Shown piece after piece: positions 30,014-40,025 of a DNA stretch of 64,000 bases. Below the pieces are notes generated by a model. The model ran no database searches and was not told the origin of the DNA. It saw only the letters and a program-made list of their open reading frames with translations. Numbering within the stretch: the stretch's first letter is position 1; the number at the start of each line of letters is the position of its first letter. This DNA is from Lysobacterales bacterium (lineage in GTDB: Bacteria; Pseudomonadota; Gammaproteobacteria; Xanthomonadales; SZUA-5). The stretch spans positions 300 through 64,299 of the forward strand of contig JALHMG010000029.1 of assembly GCA_022844135.1 (NCBI GenBank), in the 5' to 3' direction. A program made the position numbers and the translations under genes.

Positions 30014-30199
30014 AACGAGTCCTTCCAGGAGAGAGACAGAGACAGGCGCGTCGACGTCGCCTCGTTTGTTGGTCGCGGTACGATCCAACCGCCCTGGATC
30101 GAATGCGCAGCCGGTCGCCATCGTTGCAGCAATTTCGCCACTCCGATAGGGGGCCAACTCTCGCAAATACTCACAGGCGCGAACTGACCGGCGCTGCTC

Positions 30200-32623
30200 T
30201 CAATCGCCGCTGGTGAGACCGGCCGCAGCGTTCGGTGGAAGTTTTAGCAGCCGATCGCCGCGGTCGAAGGCGGATTCGAAAACCCCGACGCCGGGGATCG
30301 TCAGCGCAACAATGCCAAGCGCGCTGGGTTCGCCGCTGGCGTAGCCCTCCGGCGTCCGATCGACGAATGCCTTATCCTCGTTCAACAGCAGGCGCGAGCC
30401 CCGGCCGATGGTGCCCAACAGCAGGTCCAGATCGCGGTCGCCATCCAGATCGACGAAGCTCGCGTCGAGTACCGATCCGATCGAATCTGCGAGCCGATCG
30501 CTGTCCGCTTCGAACCGCGCCTTGCCGTCGTTGAGCAACAGCCGCGGCACGGCTTTGTCTGGCGCCGCAAAGTCGACGTTGGCGAAAACGAGGTCGAGAT
30601 CGCCATCGCCGTCGGCATCGCCGAGCGCGATTTTGCGCGTCTCTTCGGGAGCCGCCGGTGAGGGAAGCGACTCGTCGCTGATGTCGACAAAGCGCTTGCC
30701 CTGGTTTTGGTACAGGCGATTGCGGCCGCCGTCGCGCGGCTCGTTTCCGGCGACCAGATCGAGGTCGCCATCGGCGTCGAGATCGGCCAGCACCAGATCC
30801 TGCGTCACATCGATGTTTGCCGGCATCCAGTCGCCGCTGGCGTCGGTGAACCGGCCGCGTCCATCGTTGAGCAACACCAGTTCCGGCGCGTCATTGCGTG
30901 ACAGGATCAGATCGAGATCGCCATCGCCGTCGATATCGCCGGCGGCACCAGCGTTTGAGGTTGTGTTCCCAGGCAGCGCATGCGGTGCGGCCGAAAACTG
31001 GCCCGCGCCGTCGTTCCAGAGGTATTCGTTGAGCGCGGTATCTTCGCTCGGAAAAACCACATCGAGATCGCCGTCGCCGTCGAAATCGCCGAGCACCGCA
31101 TCTTCCGAGTCTTCGGCGCTGGCCGGGAATGCCTCCGGTTCGGCAACGAATCGATCCGCCTCGCGGCGCAGCAAAACGTTACCGGCGAACTCTTTGGCCA
31201 GCACCAGGTCGAGGTCGCCATCGCCATCGATATCGCCCAGGCTGGCGTCCATCGTGCGCCCGGAACCGCTGCCTGCCGGCAGCCCATCGAGCGTGATGTC
31301 CAGCGCATCGAAGGCTCGAAGTCCCGTGCGCTTCGCCAGCCAGCGGTCGAGGTGTCGCGCGGCGGTGGACGCATAGGTGCCCGGTTTGCCGAGCGCGCCA
31401 TAAGCAGCGCGCTCGGAGGCCGCCGCTTGAAAGCCGTGGTCCGACTGCGGCACCGCGATGAACTGCGCATCGCCGCCGGCCGAGCGAACGGCCTCTGCCA
31501 GCAGCTCGTGATCGCTGCGAGCGGCGACAAAATCGGCGTCGCCGTGCATCGCCAGCACCGGCGTTTTCCCTGTCGACCACAGCCGGGCGACATTCACGGC
31601 GGCCAGCTGTTGCCAGAAGGCCAGCACGCGTCCGTTCCAGATTCCGTCGACGATTTCCTCTGCGACCGCAGCGTCGAGTCCAGGGCGCTGGCGCGCTTGC
31701 GCCACGCTGAGGCCATCGATGAGCAGCGCGGTGTTCAGCGCCGCTCGCCGCTGCAGCGCCTCGTGGATATCTGCTGGCGCATCGCCGGCCAGACGGAACT
31801 GGCGGCGCGCATTTTCCAGGTCGTACTCGTTCCAGGTGCGAAACACCGTTCCGTATGCCGCGATGCCGGCGACGTCGAACTCGTTTGCGAGCATCGGTGC
31901 CCAGATGCCGCCCATGCTGTGGCCGATCAGAAAAATCCGTTTGGGATCGATGGCGGCGATGTCGCGAGTCGACTGCAGCGCGGCCCGATAGCCGGCCAGC
32001 TCGCGCTCGAAGTCGAGCGCAGACGCCGGACCGCCTTCGCTGTCGCCAACACCCGGTTTGTCGACGCGCAGCGTCGCATAACCGGCGCGCGCAAATGGCC
32101 CGAGCAGGCGCGCGTACGGGTTGTTGTCGGTCAGCGGCGAATCCAGCGAGGAGAGCGTGATGCCCTGGATCAGCATCAGCAATGGGAAAGGACCTTCGCC
32201 ATCGGGCAGCGACAGCAGCGTACGCAGCCGTGCGCCGTTGGCGCCAACGGCCTCGCCGTAGACGACGCGATAACCAGCGCCGACGCTCTCCATCGCGCGC
32301 GTTTGCGCGGTGCCGCTCAGGCGCTGGCGGACGTTGTCCCGTTCGACCTCGACGACGATGGGCGCGCCGCCGCGGCTGTTCGCCGCCCAGGCGAAAACAT
32401 CGGGCAGCGCCTTAATCGGTTGTTGATCGATTTGCAGCAGCCGATCGCCAGCGCGCAGGCCCAGCGATTCCGCCGTGCCGCCCGGTAGCGCCGCCTGCAC
32501 CAGCACGCCGTCCGCCGATGGCATCAGCTGAGCGCCCAGCGCAGCGCGGCGCGGCAGCGGATCGGACGCCCAGCAGGCGCCAGACAGGAACAACAGAGGT
32601 ACCAGCAGCAAACGGATGGCCAT
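30200..32623 (-). CDS. Secreted PDZ + alpha/beta hydrolase + FG-GAP(VCBS) repeat fusion protein
   Basis: Signal peptide; PDZ (GLRAGDRLLQID); GHSMGG nucleophile elbow, HGDAD, DHGF; six DxDGDGDLDL-type repeats. Confidence 0.85.
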   Translation of the reverse strand: MAIRLLLVPLLFLSGACWASDPLPRRAALGAQLMPSADGVLVQAALPGGTAESLGLRAGDRLLQIDQQPIKALPDVFAWAANSRGGAPIVVEVERDNVRQRLSGTAQTRAMESVGAGYRVVYGEAVGANGARLRTLLSLPDGEGPFPLLMLIQGITLSSLDSPLTDNNPYARLLGPFARAGYATLRVDKPGVGDSEGGPASALDFERELAGYRAALQSTRDIAAIDPKRIFLIGHSMGGIWAPMLANEFDVAGIAAYGTVFRTWNEYDLENARRQFRLAGDAPADIHEALQRRAALNTALLIDGLSVAQARQRPGLDAAVAEEIVDGIWNGRVLAFWQQLAAVNVARLWSTGKTPVLAMHGDADFVAARSDHELLAEAVRSAGGDAQFIAVPQSDHGFQAAASERAAYGALGKPGTYASTAARHLDRWLAKRTGLRAFDALDITLDGLPAGSGSGRTMDASLGDIDGDGDLDLVLAKEFAGNVLLRREADRFVAEPEAFPASAEDSEDAVLGDFDGDGDLDVVFPSEDTALNEYLWNDGAGQFSAAPHALPGNTTSNAGAAGDIDGDGDLDLILSRNDAPELVLLNDGRGRFTDASGDWMPANIDVTQDLVLADLDADGDLDLVAGNEPRDGGRNRLYQNQGKRFVDISDESLPSPAAPEETRKIALGDADGDGDLDLVFANVDFAAPDKAVPRLLLNDGKARFEADSDRLADSIGSVLDASFVDLDGDRDLDLLLGTIGRGSRLLLNEDKAFVDRTPEGYASGEPSALGIVALTIPGVGVFESAFDRGDRLLKLPPNAAAGLTSGD

Positions 32624-32688
32624 CGTCTTTCTCCCGGGTCGACGCCGCGAGTATGGCCAGCGCGCTGGCCGTCCTCGTCTGGCAAAAG

Positions 32689-34017
32689 TCAGGATGGCGC
32701 TCGTGCTCCGACATCGTCGGGCGACGTAAGCCATTGCCGGGCGATCTCGATGTCGCTCGACCATAGGCGATTTGTCTCGGTGGACGGATCGAGGTGCTGG
32801 TCGGGCTGCACACCCTGTACTTCCAGTAACGTTCCGTCCGGCGCGCGCAGCGTCTCCACCGAAAGCGTGAACTCCCAGCCGTTTGGCAATCGCTTGGGAA
32901 TCGCATCGGACAAGGTGCCGCGAGTCGGGCGGCCAAATAGTCGGGCTTGCGGCAGCGCCGCAAAAGCAATGGCAGCCACTTCCGCGGCGCTGACGGTATT
33001 CGGACCAATCAACACCGCCACTTTGCCCGCATAACCGCGGCGTTTGCTCGGCGCGATGCGAACCTCATACGGAGGTCCAGCATCGCGCTGCGCTTGCCGC
33101 GTGAACGCAACTCGCGGCTCGTCGGCGAAACGCGCAACCAGTGCCATCGCCACCGCATCGAAGCCACCCGGGTTGAGCCGAAGATCGAGAACTAACCCCG
33201 GTGCGTCGGCGATCGCTGCCAACACCGGATCGAGAACCGCATCGGCCGCTGCAGCGTGCGTATCGGCAGGGTGCGACTCGTCCTCGCCGTCGCCCCAGCC
33301 GCCCATCGCCAACACGCCGAGATAAGCCGTGCCGTCGTCGAAGCGCCCGAGCATCAACCGCCGGTTCGCGATCACCTCGGGCGGCGCCTGCAGGCCCGCC
33401 TGTTTCGATTGCAGGAACTCGCTGAGATCGCGCCGCAGGCTGCGCCATTCCCAGGGCGCGCCATCGGGCGCGCTGCCGGGCGCGATCACTCGATCGATGG
33501 TAATGGCCTGGTCGTCGTAAATCAGCCCCACGTGGCCATCATCCAAAGTCTCGATCAATGCGCCGATTGCGCCGCTGAGATCGGTCGGCGCGCGTTGCCG
33601 AGCCTGCAACAACGCCGTCGGCCATTGCCCGCCGCGCTGGTCGAAGAAAGGGTAGAGCGCGTCGAGCGTCGCGATGAAGACCTCGAGATTCAGCGCGGGA
33701 TCGTCGCCGCGCAAGGGTCGAACGCAGGCATCCGGCAGTTTGTCGAGGCGGCGCAATCGGTCTTGCGTGGCGCCGCGCCAAAGAACCCAATCGCTTACGT
33801 CGCGGACCGCTCGACCGCCGTGGACCTCGAACTGAGATCGAGTCAGCGAGTCGGCGCGCACGCATCCAGCCGGCGACACGTCGTAGCGCCGAACCTTATT
33901 GCCGACATCGACGATGTAGCCGTAGCCGGCCGACTGCCAAACGCCGCGCGGCAGCAGCTCGGCGCTGGCGGTGGAACTGAAGACAAGGGAGCAGACCAAA
34001 CACCAGCGAACGAACAT
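32689..34017 (-). CDS. S41-family peptidase, secreted
   Basis: Signal peptide, LYPFF, LDDGHV, LDLRLNPGG, TVSAAEV, LPNGW, GVQPD. Confidence 0.88.
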   Translation of the reverse strand: MFVRWCLVCSLVFSSTASAELLPRGVWQSAGYGYIVDVGNKVRRYDVSPAGCVRADSLTRSQFEVHGGRAVRDVSDWVLWRGATQDRLRRLDKLPDACVRPLRGDDPALNLEVFIATLDALYPFFDQRGGQWPTALLQARQRAPTDLSGAIGALIETLDDGHVGLIYDDQAITIDRVIAPGSAPDGAPWEWRSLRRDLSEFLQSKQAGLQAPPEVIANRRLMLGRFDDGTAYLGVLAMGGWGDGEDESHPADTHAAAADAVLDPVLAAIADAPGLVLDLRLNPGGFDAVAMALVARFADEPRVAFTRQAQRDAGPPYEVRIAPSKRRGYAGKVAVLIGPNTVSAAEVAAIAFAALPQARLFGRPTRGTLSDAIPKRLPNGWEFTLSVETLRAPDGTLLEVQGVQPDQHLDPSTETNRLWSSDIEIARQWLTSPDDVGARAPS

Positions 34018-34139
34018 AGCGCACACTCTGACCGACGGGCGGCAACAGCATCGCCCAAGACAACGTCGTCTTTTGCGCGTTTTCGTTCTGCGCAGTGCAG
34101 AATTGGTGCGTTTTCGAACTCGGAACGCACATTTTCGCC

Positions 34140-34610
34140 ATGACCTTGGATTCGTTGGATCGCAGCATCCTCAGCGCGCTGCAGCAGAACAGCGACCGTT
34201 CGCATGCCGAGATAGGCGAGTTGGTTGGGCTGTCGGGTTCTGCGGTCCGGCGGCGCGTGGAGGCGATGCGCCGTTCAGGTGTCATCGCCCGGACCGTTGC
34301 GCTGTTAGGCGACAACGCCAACAGCGCCGGCATTCTGGTCGTGGTCACCGTCAGTTTCGAACGCGAAACGCCAGCGGCTTATGAGGCGTTTCGTGCCGCC
34401 ATGCGTAAAGACGAACGCGTGCTGCAGTGTTATGCCACCTCCGGGCAATTCGACTTTGTCTTGATGGTGGCAGCCGCCAGCCCTCAAGACTACGAGCGCT
34501 GGGGCGAACGGACGTTGATGGCGAACGCCGCCCTGCGGCGCTACGACAGTTTCGTCGTCTGGTCGACCGTGAAATTCGATACCGCCCGGCCGATTTTCGA
34601 TGTCCCCTGA
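34140..34610 (+). CDS. Lrp/AsnC-family transcriptional regulator
   Basis: LDSLDRSILSALQQN, VGLSGSAVRRRVEAM, SGQFDFVL. Confidence 0.9.
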   Translation: MTLDSLDRSILSALQQNSDRSHAEIGELVGLSGSAVRRRVEAMRRSGVIARTVALLGDNANSAGILVVVTVSFERETPAAYEAFRAAMRKDERVLQCYATSGQFDFVLMVAAASPQDYERWGERTLMANAALRRYDSFVVWSTVKFDTARPIFDVP

Positions 34611-34664
34611 CCGCCGGACCGGGCATCGAGCGATACCGCCAGGCAGACGATTTTCGAGATTCGC

Positions 34665-34918
34665 CTAGCCCGGATATTTCACGAGGTCGCGAGGAAATGG
34701 CTTGATTTCGTTGTAACGGCGCTGAAATCTTCGAATTGGTTGAATTGACAGACTGTCCGCTGCCATTTCCTCGCTAACGCGGCCCTCGCTCGTTCTTTGC
34801 GCCGGACTCTTCGTTGCTCGTCGTCGCAATGGAACAACCATTCCTCCTCCTCCCGCCTCGATTCCGGCGCAAATCCCTTCGCGATCTTCCGCGTTTCCTC
34901 ATGAAATATCCGGGCTAG
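34665..34918 (-). mobile_element. MITE-like palindromic element, short copy (254 bp)
   Basis: Terminal inverted repeats CTAGCCCGGATATTTCACGAGG / CCTCATGAAATATCCGGGCTAG (1 mismatch), nested internal inverted repeats, and homology in opposite orientation to 56472-56867. Confidence 0.8.
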
Positions 34919-34978
34919 CGCTCGGACCACGGCACGATGGGCGCCGCAGTGCACGAAGACTAACCCTCGATCGCCAGC

Positions 34979-36244
34979 TCAGGACAGCGCATGGTGCGGA
35001 AAGCCGACGTCGACTTGAAGTCCGCCCGCTGAGCGATTGGAAAATGTCAGGGTCGCGCCGTCGAGCTCGAGCGCGCGCCTTGCGATACTCAGACCGAGAC
35101 CCGTCCCGGTGCTCGTGCGCGCCGTATCTGCGCGATAAAAAGGCTCTGTCAACCGCGCCAACTGATCTGGCGTCACGCCCGGCCCGGAATCGAGCACCTG
35201 CAGCCGGAGTTGTCCATCCTGCACAAACAATCGCAGGCCGAACGGCGCATTGCCATGTTGTTCGGCGTTAATCAGCAAGTTCCGGATGGCTCGCCGTAGA
35301 CCGATGGGGCGAGCCCGAAGCAGACAATCGCCAGCAGCGTCGATGGACCAGGCTGCGGTTTGCTGCGCCACCAGTTCGCGCACCAGCGCCGCCAGATCGA
35401 GCGTGCTCGGTTGCTCCTCGCGGCCATCGCGCACGAATGCGAGGCAGTTTTCGATGACGCTTTCCATTTCGACCAGATCCGCAACCATCGATTCCCGGCT
35501 GTCCGGGTGCCGGTGATCGTCCATCTCCAGCGCCAGCCGCAAACGCGTCAACGGCGTGCGCAAGTCGTGGGAGATCCCGGCCAGCAGGGTCTCGCGCTCG
35601 CGTTGGGCTTGGGTAGTGCGCTTGGCCGCGCTCGCAATTGCCGACGCCAGAGCTCTGACCTCGGGTGGCGCGCCATCGAGCTTCAGTGCGTTATGGCTTC
35701 CGTCCACCAGCGATTCAGCTTGCGCCGCCAGCTGAACTAAGGGTCGAACCAGCAGCCGTGCGATGAGTGCCGCAATCAATAGGGCGGTCAAACTCGCGGA
35801 GGCCACGATCGCGGTAATGACACGCGCCGCACGATCGCGAAAACCCGTCACTGGCAGACCCACCCATCGACTAGGGTGATGCGCGCCTTGCAACCACAAA
35901 TGCGCTCCGGGTCCGCCGGACAAGACCACGCGGCGTTCGTCGCCAGCCATGGCGCCGACATCGACGCGCAACTGCTGCAGAAATGGCTGGTTGGCGTTGG
36001 TGGCCAGCGGCGGCTGCTGCACGACGGCAATCTGCCCGGCCTTTAGCGCGCTCAGAGCGTCTGCTGGCTGATGGTCGAGCAGCGCATCGGTTGCGGCCAA
36101 TTGCGCATACGCTTGTTTTGCGAGCAACAACGAAGACGCGTCAACGTACCAGCGGATTGCACCGGCAGCGGCAATCATAACCAGCAACAGGCAAAGTCCT
36201 TGCAAGGCCAGCACGCGTGCATAGGTGGAGAACGAAGAAAACAC
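34979..36244 (-). CDS. EnvZ/RstB-like sensor histidine kinase
   Basis: Two TM helices, HAMP, LAGISHDLRTPLTRL, NLLINAEQHG, DSGPGV, GTGLGLSI. Probable GTG start directly after the regulator stop. Confidence 0.88.
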   Translation of the reverse strand: MFSSFSTYARVLALQGLCLLLVMIAAAGAIRWYVDASSLLLAKQAYAQLAATDALLDHQPADALSALKAGQIAVVQQPPLATNANQPFLQQLRVDVGAMAGDERRVVLSGGPGAHLWLQGAHHPSRWVGLPVTGFRDRAARVITAIVASASLTALLIAALIARLLVRPLVQLAAQAESLVDGSHNALKLDGAPPEVRALASAIASAAKRTTQAQRERETLLAGISHDLRTPLTRLRLALEMDDHRHPDSRESMVADLVEMESVIENCLAFVRDGREEQPSTLDLAALVRELVAQQTAAWSIDAAGDCLLRARPIGLRRAIRNLLINAEQHGNAPFGLRLFVQDGQLRLQVLDSGPGVTPDQLARLTEPFYRADTARTSTGTGLGLSIARRALELDGATLTFSNRSAGGLQVDVGFPHHALS

Positions 36245-36246
36245 GG

Positions 36247-36945
36247 CTATGGCGCCTGCGGGACAAACATGTAGCCGACGCCCCAGACGGTTTGCAGCCA
36301 TCGCGGCTGGCGCGGGTCGTCTTCGATGAGCTTGCGCAAGCGCACGACCATGACATCGATACTGCGATCGAAGGCCGCAATCTCCGTTCCTCTTGTCAGG
36401 CCAATCAGCTTGTCGCGTGTCAGCGCTTCGCCGGGATGGCCAGTAAGTGCCGCCAGCAGCGCACATTCGCCGCTCGTGAGTTTGATCGGATGACCATTGC
36501 GGGTGAGCGTGCGCGCGCCAGCATCGAAGGCAAAAGCCCCAAACTGCATGACCTCGCCGGGCGTGGCGCGAGGCGCGGGAATCCGACGCAGGACTGCGTT
36601 GATCCGGGCCACGAGTTCGCGCGGATTGCAGGGTTTGCTGAGGTAGTCGTCGGCACCGATTTCAAGCCCGACGATGCGATCGATTTCGTCGCCCTTGGCG
36701 GTGAGCATGATGATCGGCAGTGCCACGCCTTCGCCGCGCAATTGACGACAGACGCTCAATCCATCGCCGTCGGGCAACATCAAATCCAGGACCAGCAGGT
36801 CGATGTGGTGTTCCTTGAGCACGCGGCGCATTGCCGCTACCGTGCCGACGCCGCGAACGGCGAATCCCTGGCCTCGCAGATATCGCTCCAACAGGTCGCG
36901 CAATCGCAGGTCGTCTTCGAGGAGTAGCAGGGAGGGTTCGCGCAT
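36247..36945 (-). CDS. OmpR-family response regulator
   Basis: LLLLEDD, LDLMLPDGDG, GLEIGADDYLSKP, RSIDVMVVRLRKLIE, QTVWGVGY. Confidence 0.92.
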   Translation of the reverse strand: MREPSLLLLEDDLRLRDLLERYLRGQGFAVRGVGTVAAMRRVLKEHHIDLLVLDLMLPDGDGLSVCRQLRGEGVALPIIMLTAKGDEIDRIVGLEIGADDYLSKPCNPRELVARINAVLRRIPAPRATPGEVMQFGAFAFDAGARTLTRNGHPIKLTSGECALLAALTGHPGEALTRDKLIGLTRGTEIAAFDRSIDVMVVRLRKLIEDDPRQPRWLQTVWGVGYMFVPQAP

Positions 36946-37110
36946 GGCGTAAGAGTACCCAAATGAGCGCGGATCTTTTGTAAGCGGATGTTTCAAAAAG
37001 CGCAGATGTTAACAGGTGCATATCGTCTGCTCACAACGCAAAACAACTGCCGTCGTCGCCAGAGCTAACGTTGCTTCGCCGCAATCGGCGGCCAAACAAC
37101 GGAGCAGGTC

Positions 37111-37596
37111 ATGCGCAAGCACATGGTTTTAGCCGCATTCGCGGCGCTACTTCTCTTGTCGGCGGGGGTGGTTATCGCCATGCCGCCATCAACCGGCGCG
37201 TTGATGCGCCTGGTCGATCAGCGCCAACAGGCGTTGGCCGATTTCATCGCTTCACTCAACTTGACGCCCGCGCAGAAAGTGCAGGCGAGTGCGCTCCAGC
37301 AAAACGCCAGGCAGGCGCGCATCGACGCTTTGCTTGCAGCATCGATTACGGCCGAACAGGTGAAGCGCGAACTCAGGCAGCCGAATGCCGACCTGCGACG
37401 CGTATCCAGCCTGGTGCAAGCGATGGTGGACGAGCAATTGGATGTGCATCGCTCGCTCACGGCCCAACGCCTGAGCTTCTATGAAAGCTTGAATCCCACG
37501 CAGCAAGCGCAGGTGCGCGAGCAGCTGGCGGAGCGCATCGAACGCCTCGAACGGGTGCGCGAATTGGTGCTGGAACTGGCTGCGGGCGGCCTCTGA
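37111..37596 (+). CDS. Spy/CpxP-like periplasmic protein
   Basis: Signal peptide, LNLTPAQK and LNPTQQAQ (LTxxQ-type motifs), helical. Divergent from a two-component system. Confidence 0.7.
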   Translation: MRKHMVLAAFAALLLLSAGVVIAMPPSTGALMRLVDQRQQALADFIASLNLTPAQKVQASALQQNARQARIDALLAASITAEQVKRELRQPNADLRRVSSLVQAMVDEQLDVHRSLTAQRLSFYESLNPTQQAQVREQLAERIERLERVRELVLELAAGGL

Positions 37597-37622
37597 AGCC
37601 ACTCACCATCGGGAGATCGAAC

Positions 37623-39077
37623 ATGCGTGCAATCGTCATCGCAGTGCTGCTCGCCACCGCGCCAGCACACGCCGCCAATTTTCAAGTCGACAGCACCTTA
37701 GATGCGCGCGACGCCGATCCGGCCGATGGCCTATGCCTGTCCGCAGCGGGCGCGTGCACGCTGCGGGCAGCTATCGAACAGGCCAACGCTCTGGAGGGTA
37801 ACGATGTTATCGCCCTTCCTGCCGGGGAGTATCGGCTGACGCTCACCGGCGCGAATGAGGACCTGTCGGCCAGCGGCGATCTCGACATCACCAGCAATGT
37901 ATCGATCCTGGGCAATGACGTGGCGGCGACCCGCATCGTCGGCGACGGCGATCGGGTGTTCGATATACAACTGGGCGGTGTAGCGGCGTTGACTCGCGTG
38001 ACCATCAGCGGCGGCGGCGGTGTCGCCGCTGGCGGCGGAATCCGCAATGCCGGAACCTTGGTGCTGACCGGGTGCGACATCGCCGGCAACGGCGGCGATG
38101 GGCGCGCCGTCGCCAATGGCGGTGGAGTTTTCAATCTCGGCGTACTCACCATGGCCGGCGGCAGCGTCACTGGCAATCAGGTACAAAGCGCGACGCCGGT
38201 TCCAGCGTCCGGAGCGGGCCTTTATTCGACGACCGGCATGCTCTTGACGGCGGTCAGAATCGACAACAACGTGGCGCTTGGAATCAATGCCAGTGGCGGC
38301 GGCATACAGGCGCTGGCGCCTGGGGTAGTGCAAATCGCAGGCGGCACTGTTATCGGAAATCAAGCCGCCTTCGCCGGTGGAATCGGCGTGGTGGGCGCCG
38401 ATGCGAGCTTGAACGCCGTACTGATAGCCGGCAATGCCGCCACTCGCTCAGGCGCTGGTGCGCGCGTGCTGAGCGGGTCGTTGGCGGCGATCAACAGCAC
38501 CTTCAGCGGCAACAGTGCGCGCGAAGACGGCGGTGGCGTTGCGCTCAGCGGCGGCGAATTGCGAAGCTTCAGTTCGACCTTCAGCAACAATTTGGCGGAT
38601 GCCGATGCCAACGGCTCTGGCGGCGGTGGCGGCATCGCGCAGAGCGGCACCGGTGTGGTGCAGCTGGTGAACAGCATCCTGTCGGGCAATGTCGATGGGT
38701 CGCTCACCGGCACCAATGCCGCAGATTGTCTGGGATCGCTAAGTTCGGCCGGATTCAATCTGGTCGGTAGCGCCGTCGGCTGCGCCTTTGCCGCCATCGG
38801 CAGCGACCGAACCGATCTGGATGTTCGTCTTGCCGCGCTCGCCGATAACGGCGGCGCAACGCCCACTCACGCGCTACTGCCCGATAGCCCCGCGGTGGAC
38901 GGTGGCGATCCGGCCGGTTGCCTGGGGCCATCGATGCAGGCATTGCTCACTGACCAGCGCGGGTTGCCGCGCACGCGCGACGGCAATGGCGATGGCAGTG
39001 CCCGCTGCGACAGTGGCGCCTTCGAGCTTCAGCCCATCGACGATTCGATCTTCGCCAACGGATTCGAGAGTCCGTGA
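37623..39077 (+). CDS. CSLREA-domain / choice-of-anchor Q protein with IFANGFE tail
   Basis: Signal peptide, CTLRAAIEQAN, GDLDI, LADNGGATPTHALL, DQRG, CDSGAFE, then DDSIFANGFESP-stop. Confidence 0.9.
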   Translation: MRAIVIAVLLATAPAHAANFQVDSTLDARDADPADGLCLSAAGACTLRAAIEQANALEGNDVIALPAGEYRLTLTGANEDLSASGDLDITSNVSILGNDVAATRIVGDGDRVFDIQLGGVAALTRVTISGGGGVAAGGGIRNAGTLVLTGCDIAGNGGDGRAVANGGGVFNLGVLTMAGGSVTGNQVQSATPVPASGAGLYSTTGMLLTAVRIDNNVALGINASGGGIQALAPGVVQIAGGTVIGNQAAFAGGIGVVGADASLNAVLIAGNAATRSGAGARVLSGSLAAINSTFSGNSAREDGGGVALSGGELRSFSSTFSNNLADADANGSGGGGGIAQSGTGVVQLVNSILSGNVDGSLTGTNAADCLGSLSSAGFNLVGSAVGCAFAAIGSDRTDLDVRLAALADNGGATPTHALLPDSPAVDGGDPAGCLGPSMQALLTDQRGLPRTRDGNGDGSARCDSGAFELQPIDDSIFANGFESP

Positions 39078-39252
39078 GCATCGAGATTCGCGCTAATGGC
39101 CACGGCAATGGGACACAAGCAGCTACGATCGCGCCGATCGCAATTCACATTCGTGAGGTTGCCGGGCCGCGCGCTTCCTGCAGCAGGGGCGGGCAGGGAT
39201 TGCCCGTCCGCCCTTGCTGGTTTTCCCTTGGTCAGCGCAACATCGTACCGAC

Positions 39253-39525
39253 TTAGGACGTGGGGAATCCGCTGGTGTCGCAATCTTCATTGCACAGGGC
39301 ATGCGAGCGCAAACACTGCCTCCACTTAACCTCCATGCAGTAGCCATAACTTGGACCCATCTTGCAGTCCCGGTCCGCTACAGCCATGCAGCTGTCGTAT
39401 GCGGCATCGCAAGCCCAAAAGCACTGGCGATCGCCGATAAACCCTGATGCAGGCTGCGAAAAGCCGATTCCCAATCCCACGCCCATGACTGCGACTGCCG
39501 ATAACAGCAATTGTTTAGACGACAT
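39253..39525 (-). CDS. Small secreted Cys-rich peptide (8 Cys, symmetric spacing)
   Basis: CAGGAG RBS, signal-like N-terminus, Cys at residues 35, 39, 46, 54, 63, 71, 78 and 82. Confidence 0.7.
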   Translation of the reverse strand: MSSKQLLLSAVAVMGVGLGIGFSQPASGFIGDRQCFWACDAAYDSCMAVADRDCKMGPSYGYCMEVKWRQCLRSHALCNEDCDTSGFPTS

Positions 39526-39587
39526 GATCTGCTCCTGAAATGCCCAGCCACGATGGCGTGGGCGTTGGACCTGTTGACAGGCCGGTC

Positions 39588-40025
39588 CTATCGCCTCCCC
39601 GTGTCCAGTTGGAGCAGCGCCTCAACGATCGCCTGCTCGTCGAAACCGGCGATGCGCCGGTTGCCAATCATCATCAGCGGCACGCCGATGCCACCGTGTT
39701 CTTTGAACGCTCGCTCCGCTTCTGGCGATGCATCGATGCGAAACTCGGCGTAGCGAATCTGCCGCTTTGCCAGCAGTTCGCGAGCCATCTGGCAAAACGG
39801 GCAATCCTCCGTCGCGAAGAGCACCACGTCGCTGCCGGCACGGGCAAACAGCTCGCCAAACTCGCCTTGAGTGACCGCGCTGTGGGTCATGCTTCGATAG
39901 GCTCGATGCAGCGATGGGCCGAAGGTAAGTCCGAGCGCGAAGCAGGTCGGTAGGATCAGCGCATAGCCGATCCGAAGCACCCAGCGCGACGACGGTGTTG
40001 CAGCGGCTTTGGGGTTTTCGTGCAT
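39588..40025 (-). CDS. Glutaredoxin-family protein with N-terminal membrane anchor
   Basis: GGAGGA RBS, hydrophobic WVLRIGYALILPTCFALGLTFG, CPFC active site, GVPLMMIG, GFD. Confidence 0.85.
   Translation of the reverse strand: MHENPKAAATPSSRWVLRIGYALILPTCFALGLTFGPSLHRAYRSMTHSAVTQGEFGELFARAGSDVVLFATEDCPFCQMARELLAKRQIRYAEFRIDASPEAERAFKEHGGIGVPLMMIGNRRIAGFDEQAIVEALLQLDTGRR

Noticed and set aside
34679-34954. Similar small ORFs within the two palindromic elements (also 56433-56853)
   Set aside because: The similarity comes from the DNA repeat. Reading frames and lengths are not preserved between copies, and there are no transposase motifs.
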